64,000 nt of DNA from Candidatus Spyradenecus sp. (GTDB lineage: Bacteria > Verrucomicrobiota > Verrucomicrobiia > Opitutales > UBA953), in assembly GCA_045535075.1 (NCBI GenBank), contig JAZSKX010000017.1:1-64000 (forward strand). Reading direction: 5' to 3'. The notes under the pieces were generated by a model. The model was given only the letters and a program-made list of their open reading frames with translations. It did no database searches and was not told where the DNA came from. The stretch's first letter is position 1. The number at the start of each line of letters is the position of its first letter. A program made the translations under genes and the position numbers. Of the stretch, positions 61,999 to 64,000 are shown one piece after another.

Positions 61999-62874
61999 TT
62001 AACTTTCCTCTTCGTGCTCGTGGCTGTCGTCGTGGTTCGTAATCAGCCCGATGTAAACCGCCGAAAGTAGCGTAAACACGAGGGCTTGAACAACGCCGAC
62101 GAGGATTTCCAGGAAGTAAAAAGCCGTAAAGTAGCCGGTCGAGTGCATCAGCGTTTCGCCGCCGAAAACGTTCCCGAAGAGACGGAACGACAGCGAAACC
62201 GGACGGAATACAATCGAGATAATTTCAATAAATCCGACTGCGAAAAACACGAGCGAGAGAAAGTAGTAAACCGCCGCGGGAACGTCGCGCTTGTCCGCCT
62301 TGTTCCCGAACCAATCAAAGAAAACCGCCTTCGGTCCGGCGTATTTAAAAATCAAAATCGCCCACGCACCGAAGGAAACGAGCGCAAGTCCGAGCGTGCC
62401 GTTCATGTCCGCACCGAGCGCGCGAAACAGCGGGACGAAATGCTCGGTTTCCGTGCCGTCGGCGGCGATTGCCGTTTCGTGCCAACCGATAGTGCCGACA
62501 CCCGGAATCAGCCCCGCCCAATTCTGCGCGAGAATGAAAAAGAAAAGGCAAATCAGCAGCGGGAACGCCGCCGGGAACGCTTTTTTCCCGAGAATCGGCT
62601 CCAAAATTTCTTTAAACATTCCGATGACGGTTTCGATCGCGTATTGCCCTTTTGAGGGAATCAGCTTCGGCTTTCCGCAGGCGAGGCGAATCAGCACAAT
62701 CAGCAAAATCGCCACGATCCACGCCGTTACGATACTGTTCGTAATCGGCAACGAAAATCCGTCCCAAAGCGGAATCTCGAAGAGTTTTTCTGCGGCTTCC
62801 GTTGCCGCCGAAGCCGCGGGCGCCGCCATCAGCAACGCCGCAATACAGGGGAAAAATTTCATCAAACGAGTCAT
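61999..62874 (-). CDS. atpB: ATP synthase subunit a
   Basis: RPVSLSFRLFGN and QALVFTLLSAVYI motifs. Confidence 0.97.
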   Translation of the reverse strand: MTRLMKFFPCIAALLMAAPAASAATEAAEKLFEIPLWDGFSLPITNSIVTAWIVAILLIVLIRLACGKPKLIPSKGQYAIETVIGMFKEILEPILGKKAFPAAFPLLICLFFFILAQNWAGLIPGVGTIGWHETAIAADGTETEHFVPLFRALGADMNGTLGLALVSFGAWAILIFKYAGPKAVFFDWFGNKADKRDVPAAVYYFLSLVFFAVGFIEIISIVFRPVSLSFRLFGNVFGGETLMHSTGYFTAFYFLEILVGVVQALVFTLLSAVYIGLITNHDDSHEHEEES

Positions 62875-62936
62875 AAGTTTTCGAATTTTATTTTAAGCGC
62901 TACGGGCGATTTGTAAAACGTGTTTTCTCCGGCAAA

Positions 62937-63266
62937 TTAGCGACAGCTCGGGTTCCGGCACACCGCCCAAGCGCCCACAGGACAATAATTGCTAAGCGTT
63001 CCCGGCTCCGAAACTGCAACATCGATGACATTTTCGTCGGGCAGGAACATCAATTCAACACAAACGGGCTTCCCGCCGAGGAGCCGTTCCCGCACAACAA
63101 TTTCTTTCGGATTCTCCCGAAAATACGCTTGGATTTCGAGATTCGCTTCAATGATTTTCGCGATACGATTTGCGTAGCGTTTCAAAACTTTACGACGCTC
63201 CCAAGCGCGTTTTACGAAAACGCCTCCGCATGTCATCGCCAAGGAACTGAAGAAAACGACACCCAT
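62937..63266 (-). CDS. Small hypothetical membrane-anchored protein
   Basis: 109-aa ORF whose start overlaps the trmL stop; hydrophobic N-terminus. Confidence 0.5.
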   Translation of the reverse strand: MGVVFFSSLAMTCGGVFVKRAWERRKVLKRYANRIAKIIEANLEIQAYFRENPKEIVVRERLLGGKPVCVELMFLPDENVIDVAVSEPGTLSNYCPVGAWAVCRNPSCR

Positions 63267-63730
63267 TATTTTCCGCGTGTGATTTGGCGGAGCGCTTCGT
63301 AGGCGGCGATTCCGGCGGCAGTGGAAAGATTCAGCGAACGCAAAGTTTCCGCAGGTTGCGGGATTTTGATTTCAAAATCTTTCCCGATAAAATCGTGGAG
63401 CCACGCGGGAGCGCCATGACCTTCATTGCCGAAAACGAGTCCGTCGCCGTCGCGAAAATCTGCGTCCCAAAGCCCTTTTTCCGCCTTGGTCGTCAACAGC
63501 CAAAGCCGAGTCGGGCGTTGCGGGAACGCCAAAAATGCGTCCCAGTTTTCGTGGTGCACGACATCGAGCGACTTCCAATAATCCATGCCGGAGCGGCGCA
63601 AATGCGCGTCGGTAATTGTAAATCCGAGCGGATGAATCAGGTGCAGGCGGGAACGCGTAATCGCACACATGCGCCCGATGTTGCCCGTATTTTGCGGAAT
63701 TTCCGGATTAAAAAGAATGAGGTGGAGCAT
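63266..63730 (-). CDS. trmL: tRNA (cytidine/uridine-34-2'-O)-methyltransferase
   Basis: PEIPQNTGNIGR.C, LRRSGMDYW and RSLNLS SPOUT motifs. Confidence 0.95.
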   Translation of the reverse strand: MLHLILFNPEIPQNTGNIGRMCAITRSRLHLIHPLGFTITDAHLRRSGMDYWKSLDVVHHENWDAFLAFPQRPTRLWLLTTKAEKGLWDADFRDGDGLVFGNEGHGAPAWLHDFIGKDFEIKIPQPAETLRSLNLSTAAGIAAYEALRQITRGK

Positions 63731-63872
63731 TTTGAAAGTAAGTTTAAAAGCTGAGGAGCTGAAAAGTTTGGTCGGCGAGCCGAGATGTTTTCCTTTATAT
63801 GGTTAAAACAAGATTCTTTTTCTACAAGCAAAACAACTAAACTTCTCAGCTCTTAAGCTCTTCAGCCTCTCT

Positions 63873-64000
63873 CTACTGCGGATAAACCATCATGCACGCC
63901 ATACCGGCGGCTTCGGCAGCATCAAAACCTTTCGGGCTGTCTTCGACGACAAGGCATTCCCGCGCGGGAACGCCGAGCTTTTCCGCCGCAAGCAGAAACA
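63873..64000 (-). CDS. HAD-family phosphatase (beta-PGM-like), 3' end only
   Basis: My translation: FLLAAEKLGVPARECLVVEDSPKGFDAAEAAGMACMMVYPQ-stop; runs off the window edge. Confidence 0.85.
   Translation of the reverse strand, partial: FLLAAEKLGVPARECLVVEDSPKGFDAAEAAGMACMMVYPQ

Overview
Bacterial chromosomal segment, most likely from a Verrucomicrobiota (Opitutales-like) organism. This is an inference from the IPEPSAFGLLAGLGALALVGARRRRR PEP-CTERM tail, the short AtpH and the TPR-TPR-exbB-exbD-exbD locus. It carries ruvB, def, an nfeD-flotillin pair, a RelE/HigB-type toxin-antitoxin pair, a polysaccharide locus (ugd, heparinase II/III-like gene, three GT2 genes including a 1527-aa multidomain fusion), lysC, prmC, an MFS gene, an alpha-2-macroglobulin-pbpC pair, a phosphate porin-pstSCAB-phoU cluster and the complete atpBEFHAGDC operon. 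No rRNA, tRNA, CRISPR array, transposase or integrase was recognised. Three structures are not explained by the gene list. (1) A non-palindromic motif, (C)GTTCCCG(C), occurs about 2-3 times per kb on both strands, inside genes and as inverted pairs in terminators, and resembles a DNA-uptake sequence. (2) A 6-kb stack of two-gene cassettes lies between atpH and atpA, joined by duplicated copies of the atpA leader and a synonymously diverged atpH 3' end, like a polymorphic effector/immunity array. (3) Intergenic hairpins built from 7-, 8- or 9-nt periodic repeats are either empty or enclose cargo genes (two four-helix-bundle genes, dinD, a PEP-CTERM gene) inside housekeeping operons. All counts and alignments were done by eye.
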